Below are positions 14,401 to 24,791 of a stretch of DNA of 64,000 nt, in pieces. The stretch is from Macrostomum lignano (lineage: Eukaryota). Location of the stretch: the NCBI GenBank assembly GCA_002269645.1, contig NIVC01002868.1, positions 69,734-133,733 on the forward strand, given 5' to 3'. The position numbers and the translations under genes are program-made. Below the pieces are notes generated by a model that ran no database searches, was not told the origin of the DNA, and saw nothing but the letters and a program-made list of their open reading frames with translations. The number at the start of each line of letters is the position of its first letter. Positions within the stretch are counted from its first letter, which is position 1.

Positions 14401-14511
14401 AATCATTTTGAAAATTTATATAAAAACTTCTAGTGGTGCATTGTTTTTGAGAACACAACCCGTTTTTTGGGCAATTTTTTTGTCACTTAACTGGTCTTCA
14501 AGATAGCTGTG
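11498..14511 (-). mobile_element. Chapaev DNA transposon (CMC group), apparently intact
   Basis: CAC...GTG termini; ~154-bp near-perfect TIRs (11498-11651 / 14358-14511); 4-bp TSD TTCT (11494-11497 / 14512-14515). Confidence 0.93.
11866..13983 (-). CDS. Chapaev transposase, 705 aa
   Basis: N-terminal H-X7-C-X2-C-X37-C-X2-C-X37-C-X-C-X2-C Chapa zinc finger; KIGIDGGG, AVDMK, HPCPWC, ELHLMLG and WSEQASEAVH motifs; uninterrupted ORF. Confidence 0.9.
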   Translation of the reverse strand: MPNPSCGASHAENRLKVCLICMQKGNSMKPIGETVLTRIRRFFMPSCNLDDEQLPAAVCTRCRTLLADIEAGKREEDALPRSFDFSSIKMTVLTRSTTMCECGICTAARWTPIGKGLGSRKVSAHPRGRPSSGIEDPLPEAQPVSTCMRCYSVLGKGISHNCNVTQRRKNLSLQFAMDKRGAEIHASDLIKTKCTSGAFLSTQLATRGPYQLTVTTTAQCKNSCATFVDKPVTAKEFNRFQNTLGLSGQQTKLAAQFLRNWKGRKSVDSGLMSKLRQLDEELGDFFDVKAMQLEVGKDAATEMRHVVYCKGPEGLIDSLLYHRCIEEGNFEVKIGIDGGGNFLKVCLTIVRIGAEQQPKTKTSYSAAACSSRFCDSGVKKLLILAIVEDVRESYFNIKAVLDLLRLQQVRFSLAVDMKMANALLGLQCASSSHPCPWCELNCKEFCSMYHEVPLRSFGSIRQNANSYQELVQQTSSTRHSAARFKNCVRMPLLDFPDETLVINIVPPMELHLMLGIVNRLFKELDSRLQSISNCTIRAQDFANRLNIWQAPYQGGQFTGNHCSKLLNSVDSLEQMLQDCGAIAAMPIVQALRTFREVCRTCFGLVLLDGYDAAIKAFAAAYKDVGIPVSPKVHAVFEHVAPFLRNQPQMPGSALHGLGFWSEQASEAVHADFSRLWDSSYKVAKTSAQYSKQLLKCTIVYNSRHQ

Positions 14512-15011
14512 TTCTGTTATGCCACAAACACAATTTAGCTAAGCAATGATCTCACTTCTGTTATGCCACAAACACAATTTAGCTATTGGGTTGGGAACCC
14601 AATTGGCTATTGGGAACCCAATCCGATCCTATTCTGGTTTGCCTTGATCCCAACTCGTAGCAGAAAATTTTCATTACCTTACGGACGCCCCTCTTACTAA
14701 TCATAATTCTGGTAAACTATGAATCCAATTTTCCATTCTTCAATGATCCCATTCGTATCATGCCATGAGCCCAATTTCATTATGCGATAATTCCAATTCT
14801 GGTTTGCTATGATCCCAATTTAGTATGCAAGGATCCCAACTTAGTTATGCCAAATGATCCCAATTACGCTAAGCAATGATCTTAGTTCTGTTATGCAATG
14901 AACCCAATTAGGCTAAGCAATGATCTCACTTCTGTTATGCCACAAACACAATTTAGCTAAGCAATGATCTCACTTCTGTTATGCCACAAACACAATTTAG
15001 CTAAGCAATGA

Positions 15012-15410
15012 TTTAGGATTGATATATAAGATTCTGTGAATTTAGGATTGGGATCTAAGAGATTCTATGAATTTAGGATTGGGATCTAAGAGATTCTATG
15101 AATTTAGGATTGGGATTTAAGAGATTCTATGAATTTAGGATTGGAATCTAATAGATTCTGTGAATTTAGCATTGGGATCTAAGAGATTCTGTGAATTTAG
15201 GATTGGGATCTAAGAGATTCTAAGAATTTAGCATTGGGATCTAAGAGATTCTATGAATTTAGGATTGGGATCTAAGAGATTCTGTGAATTTAGGATTGGG
15301 ATCTAAGAGATCCCATGAATTTAGGATTGGGATCTAAGAGATTCTATGAATTTAGGATTGGGATCTAAGAGATTCTGTGAATTTAGGATTGGGATCTAAG
15401 AGATTCTGTG
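15012..15410. repeat. 31-bp satellite (GAATTTAGGATTGGGATCTAAGAGATTCTAT), ~13 copies
   Basis: Direct tandem repeats. Confidence 0.95.
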
Positions 15411-15804
15411 AACCCAATGAACAAGCAATGAACCCAATTTAGCTAAGCAATGCTCTCAGTTCTGTAATGCCATAAACCCAATTTAACTAAGCAATGATCT
15501 CAGTTCTGTTATGCAATGAACCCAATTTCGCTAAGCAATGATCTCAGTTCTGTTATGCAATGAACACAATTTAGCTAATCATTTTGCTTAGCTAATCACT
15601 GATCCCAATTCCATTATGATCCCATCTAATTTTAATTTATTAGGTGAATAAAGCAGGATTTACCTGATACGTCTCATCGGGCCGTATTATACATATCAGG
15701 TTAAACTACTTGTGATGGCTATCGAACTCAGATGCGCTACTGGCAGACAAAAATGCACTCAAGCATTACTCACGTTAATTGCATCTTTATTAGTCTTTCA
15801 AGTC

Positions 15805-17213
15805 CTACTCGTCCATGAAATCATGTGATGGCCCAGGCTTCTCGGACACATTGGGAGCCTTAGGGGTTGACATAGCGGGGATCTGCTGACTTCTGTTGAT
15901 ATGATCTCGGGAAAATGTCACCTGTGAAATGAAATTTATATATGAATTTAATCAATTTTTTATATTCATATTACTCTTGAATGAATGAATAAACCTAATC
16001 TTTAGAGATAAGAGGCCTCATTGAACAAGTTAATAATGAATCTAAGCAGTCAATCACTTATTGCTTCTTTAGTACGTTCTCTGACACCATATTTCTATTT
16101 AACCCACACGTAATACTCGTAAAATCAACTTACCTCTTTGTCCCCAAATCGCACTTTAATTCTTCGCACCTCATCGAATTGGTCGAACATTCGCTCTGGG
16201 TACTGTAATACCATTTCGTCGTCACGGTTAGCATATTTCTCCCGCTGGGAGCTTTGCGTCACCCGTAGCTCCTCGAAGCACTGTTGGCTAGAAAGCGCAT
16301 CCTTGTACCACTGGGTAATGTCGGAGACATCAGCAGAGTCTTCTGGCCAATGCTGAATTTCCGCTTTCGAACATCCGAGACTGATTGTCTGGGAATATTC
16401 CTGGACTTGAGCACCATGAATCGCTAGAACGTCGCCCACAGACCAGTCATTCACTTGGGCAGTAGAGCTGGCCCAAAATGTGCACGACACGGAGGACCCA
16501 GACTGATCAACAAGCGTCACTTTCGCCAGGTTGATAAGTTTTCCGGAACCGGTTTTAACTTCCGTTGGTTTCTGGACAGCAGAAATCGTGCCATAGACGT
16601 TAACATTCCTGAGATATGTGAGGCAAAGGGTGAACTTACAAGAATGCATTAACTCATTCACTAAGCAACTTCACTGACTGATTTAAATAAGTTTCCCTAG
16701 AAATAATTGGCTAACCTAACATTTAGTGGGAATATATATTCCAAATCCTTTCCATTTTATTTTTAACAATTGCAACAAGTTAACTTACATTTTCATTTCA
16801 CAGTCCGAAATCTCTTTTATCTTCTTATAGCTTGGTGCACGTCGAGTGACGGTCTCGAGGGTCCTCACAATGGTTCCACGTTGGTCAATTGAAACTGTTA
16901 GCTCGTGCTCATTGTCCGTAGTGCTGTATTTGGGATCCGCCTTCTTCACCCAGCCGCCGGATATGCGGACGGCGACGCCCTCACGACACACCTCCAGGAA
17001 AGGCTTAAGATCCTTTCCGAACACGCTTACACGTATATCGCCGGTGTCGTCACAGAGGATAAAGGAAAACACTTGGCCTGGTCCTCTTTTGCCTTCAAAG
17101 TCCGTGATTTTGGACAGCCTCATTACGAGGCCAACGATTGCAGCGTGCATCAGGCCCGGAAGCAGAGCAGAGATACACGCTTTGCTTTTCTTGGCTCCTT
17201 CGGTTGACTCCAT
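15805..17213 (-). CDS. RPA70-like ssDNA-binding protein, OB folds A+B only; 3 exons (17213-16789, 16608-16134, 15921-15805), ~338 aa
   Basis: GQVFSFILCDDTGDIRVSVF and VTLVDQSGSSVSCTFW...VLAIHGAQVQEY match RPA1 DBD-A/DBD-B. Two GTAAGT...AG introns have compatible phases (2, 0). AATAAA lies just after the stop. Confidence 0.85.
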
Positions 17214-18030
17214 ATTGCTCGATTGATAGTTGCCAAAAATATGGATTATAAAAATTTCACTGATAAGGTCTTTACGGTTTGTGGTTTGATAGTTTTAGCA
17301 TCAAGGCCAATTGTGCCAGTTTATATTGCAGCATTTCGTTTCGGACAACCCTAACTGTGATGACTCATGCCAATAGAGGGTGCCATGTAAAGATCAATTT
17401 AGATCTGGCTAACCAATCAGAGAGAGTTTTGTTCTAATCCACCCACTGGGCTACTTGTTGTGGATTGGCTGGTGATTGCCTTAGCTTTTACGTTCTTTCT
17501 TTATGTACACTGTGTGGGGTGTCAGAGTCGAGTGTGGTGCGACTTGTTATGCAATCTGTTTTCGACACACTTCAATAATAGGACACAAAAAATATCTTAA
17601 ATGTACACTGTAATTGGGAAGCCAGTGCGGCGTGTGGCTAACGTGGCTAAAAATAGAGGGTTTCAAGTCAGCCAATAGCAGTAAACTTTGTATTCAACTA
17701 AAGTGATTTCATTAAACTGCCAGTGCAAGCCCCAACCTAGTGCGACTTTTCAGTAATCACAAACAGCTAAAGCCTCATGACGCTCACCAATGAAGCCTCA
17801 CACGATTTTAACTGGGGTTGGGGGTGGCCCTAAGCTGGTATTCATTTTTGCCTAAGCTGAAACGGGCTTTAAAAAAATGAAATGAGTTTCATTTCGTTAG
17901 CAAGGTTTTCAAACCAATCTCGCTAATCCTTGCTTGACATGAGTGAGCGTATATAAACCAGAGTGAGCGTACGACACGCTCGTATAATTTCCACTGTATA
18001 GTTCCACTGTTTAACTCCACTGTTCCACAA

Positions 18031-18272
18031 ATGAAGTTTACCCAGAACTTCTTTTCCGGCGGCGGCAGGCGGCGAGGAGGCCGCGGTGGTGGACACCCTA
18101 GAAAACCTAGTAAGTCTCATTTCTAAGTCTCATTACTGTAATTAAGTCTTTCGAAACCACCTGTTGAGTAAAATTGCACTTTCCAAACTTAACAGTGGCC
18201 TGTTATCTCTGCGGTGGAGGTCACCCTGTGGCCCGGTGTCCGGACCTGGCCGACATGCGGCTGCAGCAGCAG

Positions 18273-18316
<44 letters not shown>

Positions 18317-18317
18317 G

Positions 18318-18361
<44 letters not shown>

Positions 18362-18392
18362 GCCGCAGCAGCAGCAGCAGCGGAATAATTAA
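18031..18392 (+). CDS. Small RGG + CX2CX3HX4C zinc knuckle + polyglutamine protein; 2 exons (18031-18109, 18196-18392), ~91 aa
   Basis: MKFTQNFFSGGGRRRGGRGGGHPRKP splices through an 86-nt GTAAGT...ACAG phase-1 intron into MACYLCGGGHPVARC, then a CAG/CAA run. TATATAAA lies ~80 bp upstream and an AATAAA cluster downstream. Confidence 0.65.
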
Positions 18393-18766
18393 ATTCAATT
18401 TGTTTGTGGAATTAACTTGATATGATTTCTTGATTTTTTTATTTATGTGTTTGAGAATTTAAAGAATTCTAAATAAATAAAATAAATAATTCTGTTTACT
18501 GGATAAATAAGTGTTTCGTGTTGCTTTTTCTTACTCCTAAATGAAAATAAGAAACTTAACTGACACAGCTCATTGCTATGATCAATTTAGAACCTAAAAT
18601 GAAGTTTTGGAGCTTAATTGAAAGTTTTTAACTAAACAAACATCCATATGAAAGTATGCAAAATAACATATCATAAATAAGGGAATTCAATGACAACTGA
18701 TGAGTTTAATAATTGCTTTGTGAATACTTACTTACAAAGACAGTAGAGATGATGAATTCGCAGATT

Positions 18767-19207
18767 GCTCCGCCAACAAGACAGTATCATTGCACAGTTC
18801 ATTGCATTTGACTGCAAGAATAATGGTGTCAATCCTACTGCTTGTTGGCTTGCTTTACTCTGCACTGCTGGTCAGAGGCATTCACTGGGGCAAGTTAAGT
18901 TCACGCACTCAACGTCACACAAAAAGCTTAGCTATCACAAGTCTCTAGGTTTGCTGAAGCTGCTTCAAACCTCTCTCTCATGGCTGCATACCCTCAGTTT
19001 TAGAGTGGAAGAACCTCTGAATCGTGAAAAAGCAGCGAACACGTTATTTCAACCACAATCTCAAGGCCCATTGATATGCAGCCAACCTGCTATATATTCA
19101 CCTAATATTTACCTACATTAATTTCACTATTACTTATTAACTTTCATGGCACAACTAAATTGGGATCCGATTGTATCCGATCCTATTCTGGTTTGCCTTG
19201 ATCCCAA
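18767..19207 (+). repeat. ~440-bp segment, copy 2 of the duplicated module
   Basis: Matches 10897-11338. Confidence 0.92.
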
Positions 19208-19313
19208 TTTAGTATGCAAGGATCCCAACTTAGTTATGCCAAATGATCCCAATTACGCTAAGCAATGATCTTAGTTCTGTTATGCAATGAACCCAATTAG
19301 GCTAAGCAATGAT

Positions 19314-20515
19314 CTAGGATTGATATATAAGATTCTGTGAATTTAGGATTGGGATCTAAGAGATTCTATGAATTTAGGATTGGGATCTAAGAGATTCTAT
19401 GAATTTAGGATTGGGATTTAAGAGATTCTATGAATTTAGGATTGGAATCTAATAGATTCTGTGAATTTAGCATTGGGATCTAAGAGATTCTGTGAATTTA
19501 GGATTGGGATCTAAGAGATTCTATGAATTTAGGATTGGGATCTAAGAGATTCTAAGAATTTAGGATTGGGATATAAGAGATTCTATGAATTTAGGATTGG
19601 GATCTAAGAGATTCTCTGAATTTAGCATTGGGATCTAAGAGATTCTGTGAATTTAGGATTGGGATCTAAGAGATTCTAAGAATTTAGCATTGGGATCTAA
19701 GAGATTCTATGAATTTAGGATTGGGATCTAAGAGATCCATGAATTTAGGATTGGGATCTAAAAGACTCTGTGAATTTAGGATTGGGATCTAAGAGATTCT
19801 ATGAATTTAGGATTGGGATCTAAGAGATTCAATGAGATTAGGATTGGGATCTAAGAGATTCAATGAATTTAGGATTGGGATCTAAGAGATTCTATGAATT
19901 TAGGATTGGGATCTAAGAGATTCAATGAGATTAGGATTGGGATCTAAGAGATTCAATGAATTTAGGATTGGGATATAAGAGATTCTGTGAATTTAGGATT
20001 GGGATCTAAGAGATTCTGTGAATTTAGGATTGGGATCTAAGAGATTCTGTGAATTTAGGATTGGGATCTAAGAGATTCAATGAATTTAGGATTGGGATCT
20101 AAGAGATTCTATGAGATTAGGATTGGGATCTAAGAGATTCTATGAGATTAGGATTGGGATCTAAGAGATTCTATGAATTTAGGATTGGGATATAAGAGAT
20201 TCTATGAATTTAGGATTGGGATCTAAGAGATTCTGTGAATTTAGGATTGGGATCTAAGAGATTCTATGAATTTAGGATTGGGATCTAAGAGATTCTGTGA
20301 ATTTAGGATTGGGATCTAAGAGATTCTGTGAATTTAGGATTGGGATATAAGAGATTCTATGAGTTTAGGATTGGGATCTAAGAGATTCTATGAATTTAGG
20401 ATTGGGATCTAAGAGATTCTGTGAATTTAGGATTGGGATCTAAGAGATTCTGTGAATTTAGGATTGGGATATAAGAGATTCTATGAATTTAGGATTGGGA
20501 TCTAAGAGATTCTAA
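19314..20515. repeat. 31-bp satellite, ~38 copies
   Basis: Same unit as 15012-15410. Confidence 0.96.
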
Positions 20516-20939
20516 GGTTTGAAAGATGAAAGTTTGTGAATTTGGATGTCTGAAGAATCAGATAAGGTGCCCTTGAGCCAAACTATTACAGGCTATTTAT
20601 CATCCAGTGGGCTGAATTGGAGCTTATCTTAAGACGCAGGGTAGAAACTGAAAAATCGATAAAGAAGAAAGGGGTCTAAATCTAAAAAACCTGTGATTTG
20701 GGGTGTGGGCTCTCCAGGCCCGTGTGTCCAAATTCCGGGGCAGAGGGCTCACAATGTACACTGGTCTGCGCCAGCCAGTGAAAAAAACTGTGAATGTAAT
20801 CTATTTATGACTGTCTCGCCAGTGGGTTGATACAGCTATGTACTTTTGACATAGTGAAATTCTTATCAGAGTTACCAGTATCACTGATATCAGTGATACC
20901 ATCAATATCAGTGATAATCAGTATCACTTTTAACAAAAC

Positions 20940-21385
20940 TGGTTTTGCAATGATTCAAACTCTGGTTTAGCCATGATTCAAACTCTGGTTTAGCCATGAG
21001 TCAGACTCTCGTTTAGCCATGATTCAAACTCTGGTTTAGCCATGATTCAAACTCTGGTTTAGCCATGAGTCAGACTCTCGTTTAGCCATGATTCAAACTC
21101 TGGTTTTGCCATGATTCAAACTTTGGTTTAGTCATGATTCAAACGATGGTTTAGCCATGACTTAAACTCTGGTTTAGCCATGATTCAAACAATGGTTTAG
21201 CCATGATTCAAACACTGGTTTTAGCCATGATTCAGACTCTGGTTTAGCCATGATTCAAACACTGGTTTTAGCCATGATTCAGACTCTGGTTTAGCCATGA
21301 TTTAAACTCTGGTTTAGCCATGATTCAGACTCTGGTTTAGCCATGATTTAAACTCTGGTTTAGTCTGATTCAAGCTCTATTTTTG
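20940..21385. repeat. 23-bp satellite C (ACTCTGGTTTAGCCATGATTCAA), ~19 copies
   Basis: Tandem repeats next to the H3 tRNA-like cassette. Confidence 0.95.
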
Positions 21386-21469
21386 CAATGATTCAAAGTC
21401 AGATAATATTTTATTTACGAAGTGAATGAAAAAAATAAATTTAAATAATCTTCAATCACTACTGGCTGA

Positions 21470-21595
21470 AATTTGACGCAGTGCAGAATCGAACCCTAGC
21501 CGAGCCTATAACCAATTCCTAGTGCCTACACATCGGCTATTCCATCATCTACAGTAGCAGTCCAGTCTGTTCGCATCTTTCTTGGCTATCTCTTT
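21470..21595 (-). promoter_or_regulatory. Compound tRNA-derived cassette in H3
   Basis: The usual A-box/anticodon half (GAGATAGCCAAG...GACTGGACTGCTAC) is followed by a second, different tRNA-like unit (TAGCCGATGTG...GGGTTCGATTC). Confidence 0.55.
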
Positions 21596-22063
21596 TCAAT
21601 TGGAGAACATGAATTGTGGCCCTTATAATTCAATTCTTACAGCAAGTCAATTGGAGTAAAAAATTATGACATAATCAATTTCTCAGTCAGCCAGAATCAG
21701 TCTCAATTTAAGTTGGCAATATGGTTACGCAATTTCATTCAAGTTTTGTGTGCATTTGTTCGGCACTGTTTTCAACTTGTTGTGATGCAATCTTTATCAC
21801 AATCGGAATTCAGTCAGTCAGTTTTTTCTCTAGCATTCTTACAATGCATTTCAGGTCGAAAGAGCTGCTTGACCTTTGCAAAAAATCATGTTTTTCGAAT
21901 ATTTAATCCCTTTAACATTGAGCAATTTCTTAGCCAATATGCATGTACCGTCCCGGGAAAATTTCTGATCGAATGGTGCAAGTTTGAAGAAAATCGGTTG
22001 AGCCGTTCGGGAGAAAATCAATTACAAGCAAGCAACCAAGCATTTCATTTTTAGTATATAGGA

Positions 22064-22115
22064 TTTTCTCTAATCGATTGCGTACAAACAAACAACTCAT
22101 TTTTAGTATATAGGA
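22064..22115 (-). mobile_element. 52-bp Helitron 5' stub
   Basis: TCCTATATACTAAAAATGAGTTGTTTG... ends in GAGAAAA directly before the H3 5' TC. Confidence 0.75.
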
Positions 22116-24545
22116 CTAGCAATCTACGCCCCCCGTTGGGGAGCCAAAGAAATGCAATACACGTTTTTTTAATAAGCTACATGTATCCTTGAAATCTTAA
22201 AAAATCTCCTGTCAAACCTTGTAAGCCTTGACATGTCAGTAATCCCCCCACAAGCTTTAACATATCAACTCCCCCCCTTGACATCTCAGCAATGCAATGG
22301 ATTCCCAAATGAATCTCTTAACTTCGACATGAAGCTTCTTTTATTTTTTACATTACGCTTTTTTTATCAGCGATCCCTCCCCTGAGGAGGCATCAAATAA
22401 TGTAATAAAAAGTTTTCAATAAACTACATGTAGCTTCTGACTTTAGCTTTGAAATCTCATTTATACCCCCGTGAGCCTTGACATGTCAGCTATCCCCCCC
22501 CCCGTAAGCCTTGACATGTCAGCGATGGCCTCCATAAACCTTGAAATCTGAAAAATCCTCCGTTAACCTTGAAACCCGATAAAATATAACCCTCAACCCA
22601 CACCTGACCTAAACCTAACTTTAACCCAACCTAAAGCCTTGAATCTCAGCAATTCTTCTCCCCTAAGCCTTGACATTTTAGTGATTCCTTCTTTAAGAAT
22701 CACAGCACTATAACGATTCCCTCGCTTTGACATCGTAGCAATTCCCAAATGAATCTTTTAACTTCGACATGACTTTTCTTTTATGTATACATAGTGCTAC
22801 TTTTATTTTTTACATGACTCTTCTTCTATCAGCGCCCCCCGTGGCGAGCCAACAAAAAATGTAATAAAAAAATTGAGTAAAGTAAATGAACTTTGAAGTA
22901 GCTTCTGACTGTTGCTTTGACATCTCAGAAACGCCCCCATAATCTCAGTTATTCTCTGTGAGCCTTGACGTCTCAGTTTTTCTCCCCAGCACAGCATTAT
23001 AGCTGCATTTAATTTTTACATGACACCTTTCATGTCTAACATGACGCTTCTTTTATTCTACCATGATGCTTCTTAATTTTTTAAATGACACTTTCATTAG
23101 TTTTTAAAGGAGGCTTCTATGATTTTTATATGACGCTTCTATGATATTTTACATGACGCTTCTATGACTGTTTACATGACGCTTCTATGATTTTTACATG
23201 ACGCTTCTATGATTGTTTACATGACGCTTCTATGATTTTTTATATGACGCTTCTATCATTTTTACATAACGCTTCTATGATTTTTACATGACGCTTTTAT
23301 GATTTTTTACATGACGCTACTATGATTTTTACATGACGCTTCTATGATTGTTTACATGACGCTTCTAGGATTGTTTACATGACGCTTCTATGATTGTTTA
23401 CATGACGCTTCTATGATTGTTTCATGACGCTTCTATGATTGTTTACATGACGCTTGTATGATTGTTTACATGACGCTTCTATGATTGTTTACATGACGCT
23501 TCTATGATTTTTATATGACGCTTCTATGATTTTTATATGACGCTTCTACGATTTTTTACATGACGCTTCTACGATTTTTTACATGACGCTTCTATGATTG
23601 TTTACATGACGCTACTATGATTTTTACATGACGCTTTTATGATTTTTTACATGACGCTTCTATGATTGTTTACATGACGCTTCTATGATTGTTTACATGA
23701 CGCTTCTACGATTTTTTACATGACGCTTCTATGATTGTTTACATGACGCTTCTATGATTTTTTTACATGACGCTTCTATGATTTTTTACATGACGCTTCT
23801 ATGATTCTTTAAATGACGCTTCTACGATTTTTATATGACGCTTCTACGATTTTTTACATGACGCTTCTATGATTGTTTACATGACGCTTCTATGATTTTT
23901 TAAATGACGCATCTATGATTTTTATATGACGCTTTTTTTAAAGTCTTTTAGTTTTCCTGACGTTGAAAAGCTTTAATTAAAAAAATTCCACTCTATGAAA
24001 ATATGAACCATCGTCGCTGCATTTAGCAGTTCAGTTTGTTCACCTCTAGTCTAGCTCTTATCGTTTTGATAACATCAAATTTTGCACTTATATATATATA
24101 ATTCAACAGTTTAAAATCCAAGCATAGAGTAAATTACACGAAGCAGTTATGACATAATCAGTTTCTCAGTCAGTCAGTATCAGTTAACAATATGGTTACG
24201 CAATTTAAATCAAGTCTGGTGTCCGCTTCCACACTGCATTTTCAATTCAAGTCGGAGTTACAATTCAGTTATGATGCAATCTATTTCAGAATCAGAATTC
24301 AACCAGTCAGTTTTTTCTCTAGCATTCTTACAATGCATTTCAAGTCGAAAAGTTTGCTTGACCTTTGCAAAAAAGCATGTTTTTCGAATATTTAATGCCT
24401 TTAGCATCGAGCAATTTCTTAGCCACGATGCATGTACAGTCACGGGAAAATTTCTGATCGAACAGTGCAAGTTCGAACAAAATCGGTCCAGCCATTTTTT
24501 CTCTAATCGATCACATAGACACAGACAGACCATTTTTAGTATATA
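22116..24545 (-). mobile_element. Non-autonomous Helitron H4 (2.4 kb, same family as H1)
   Basis: CTAG at 22116-22119 with a GCTCCCC-AAC-GGGGGGC hairpin; satellite A; head nearly identical to 921-1562; terminal TCC missing. Confidence 0.82.
23110..23935. repeat. 23-bp satellite A, ~36 copies
   Basis: Same unit as 1-917. Confidence 0.96.
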
Positions 24546-24791
24546 CGAGGCCAACTCCTCCGATGGAGGAGAAAGGGGAAGAACTCCCATCACCGGAATT
24601 CCATTCCCTGAACTCCATCAGCTGAATCCCAAGACCCGAATATCATCTAACTGTTCTCCAAATCCATCAAAATCCTCTCCGTGAAACTGAACACCATCGA
24701 AATCCTCTCCGCGAAACAGAAATCCTCTCCGTGAAACTGGACTCAATCGAAAGTTTCTCCGTCAAACAACTTAACTCTCAGGATTCTGTGG

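Larger units (their letters stand above)
11290..15620. repeat. Degenerate GATCCCAAT/GCAATGATCT minisatellite field interrupted by the Chapaev element and a 31-bp array
   Basis: Repeated GCTAAGCAATGATCTCA.TTCTGTTATGC units at 11340-11497, 14512-15010 and 15410-15620. Confidence 0.8.
9494..22063 (-). mobile_element. Putative composite Helitron H3 (12.6 kb including the nested Chapaev)
   Basis: 3' hairpin GCTCCCC-GAA-GGGGGGC and CTAG at 9494-9497; 5' A|TCCTATATACT at 22063 with the conserved head. No other Helitron terminus was spotted in between, so continuity is inferred. Confidence 0.6.

Noticed and set aside
18164-18420. Poly-Ala, poly-Leu and poly-Ser ORFs
   Set aside because: Alternative frames of the CAG tract; only the Gln frame has the knuckle and a matching splice.
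9494-22063. Rep/helicase (RepHel) gene
   Set aside because: No HUH Rep or PIF1 helicase motifs in any ORF of the window.
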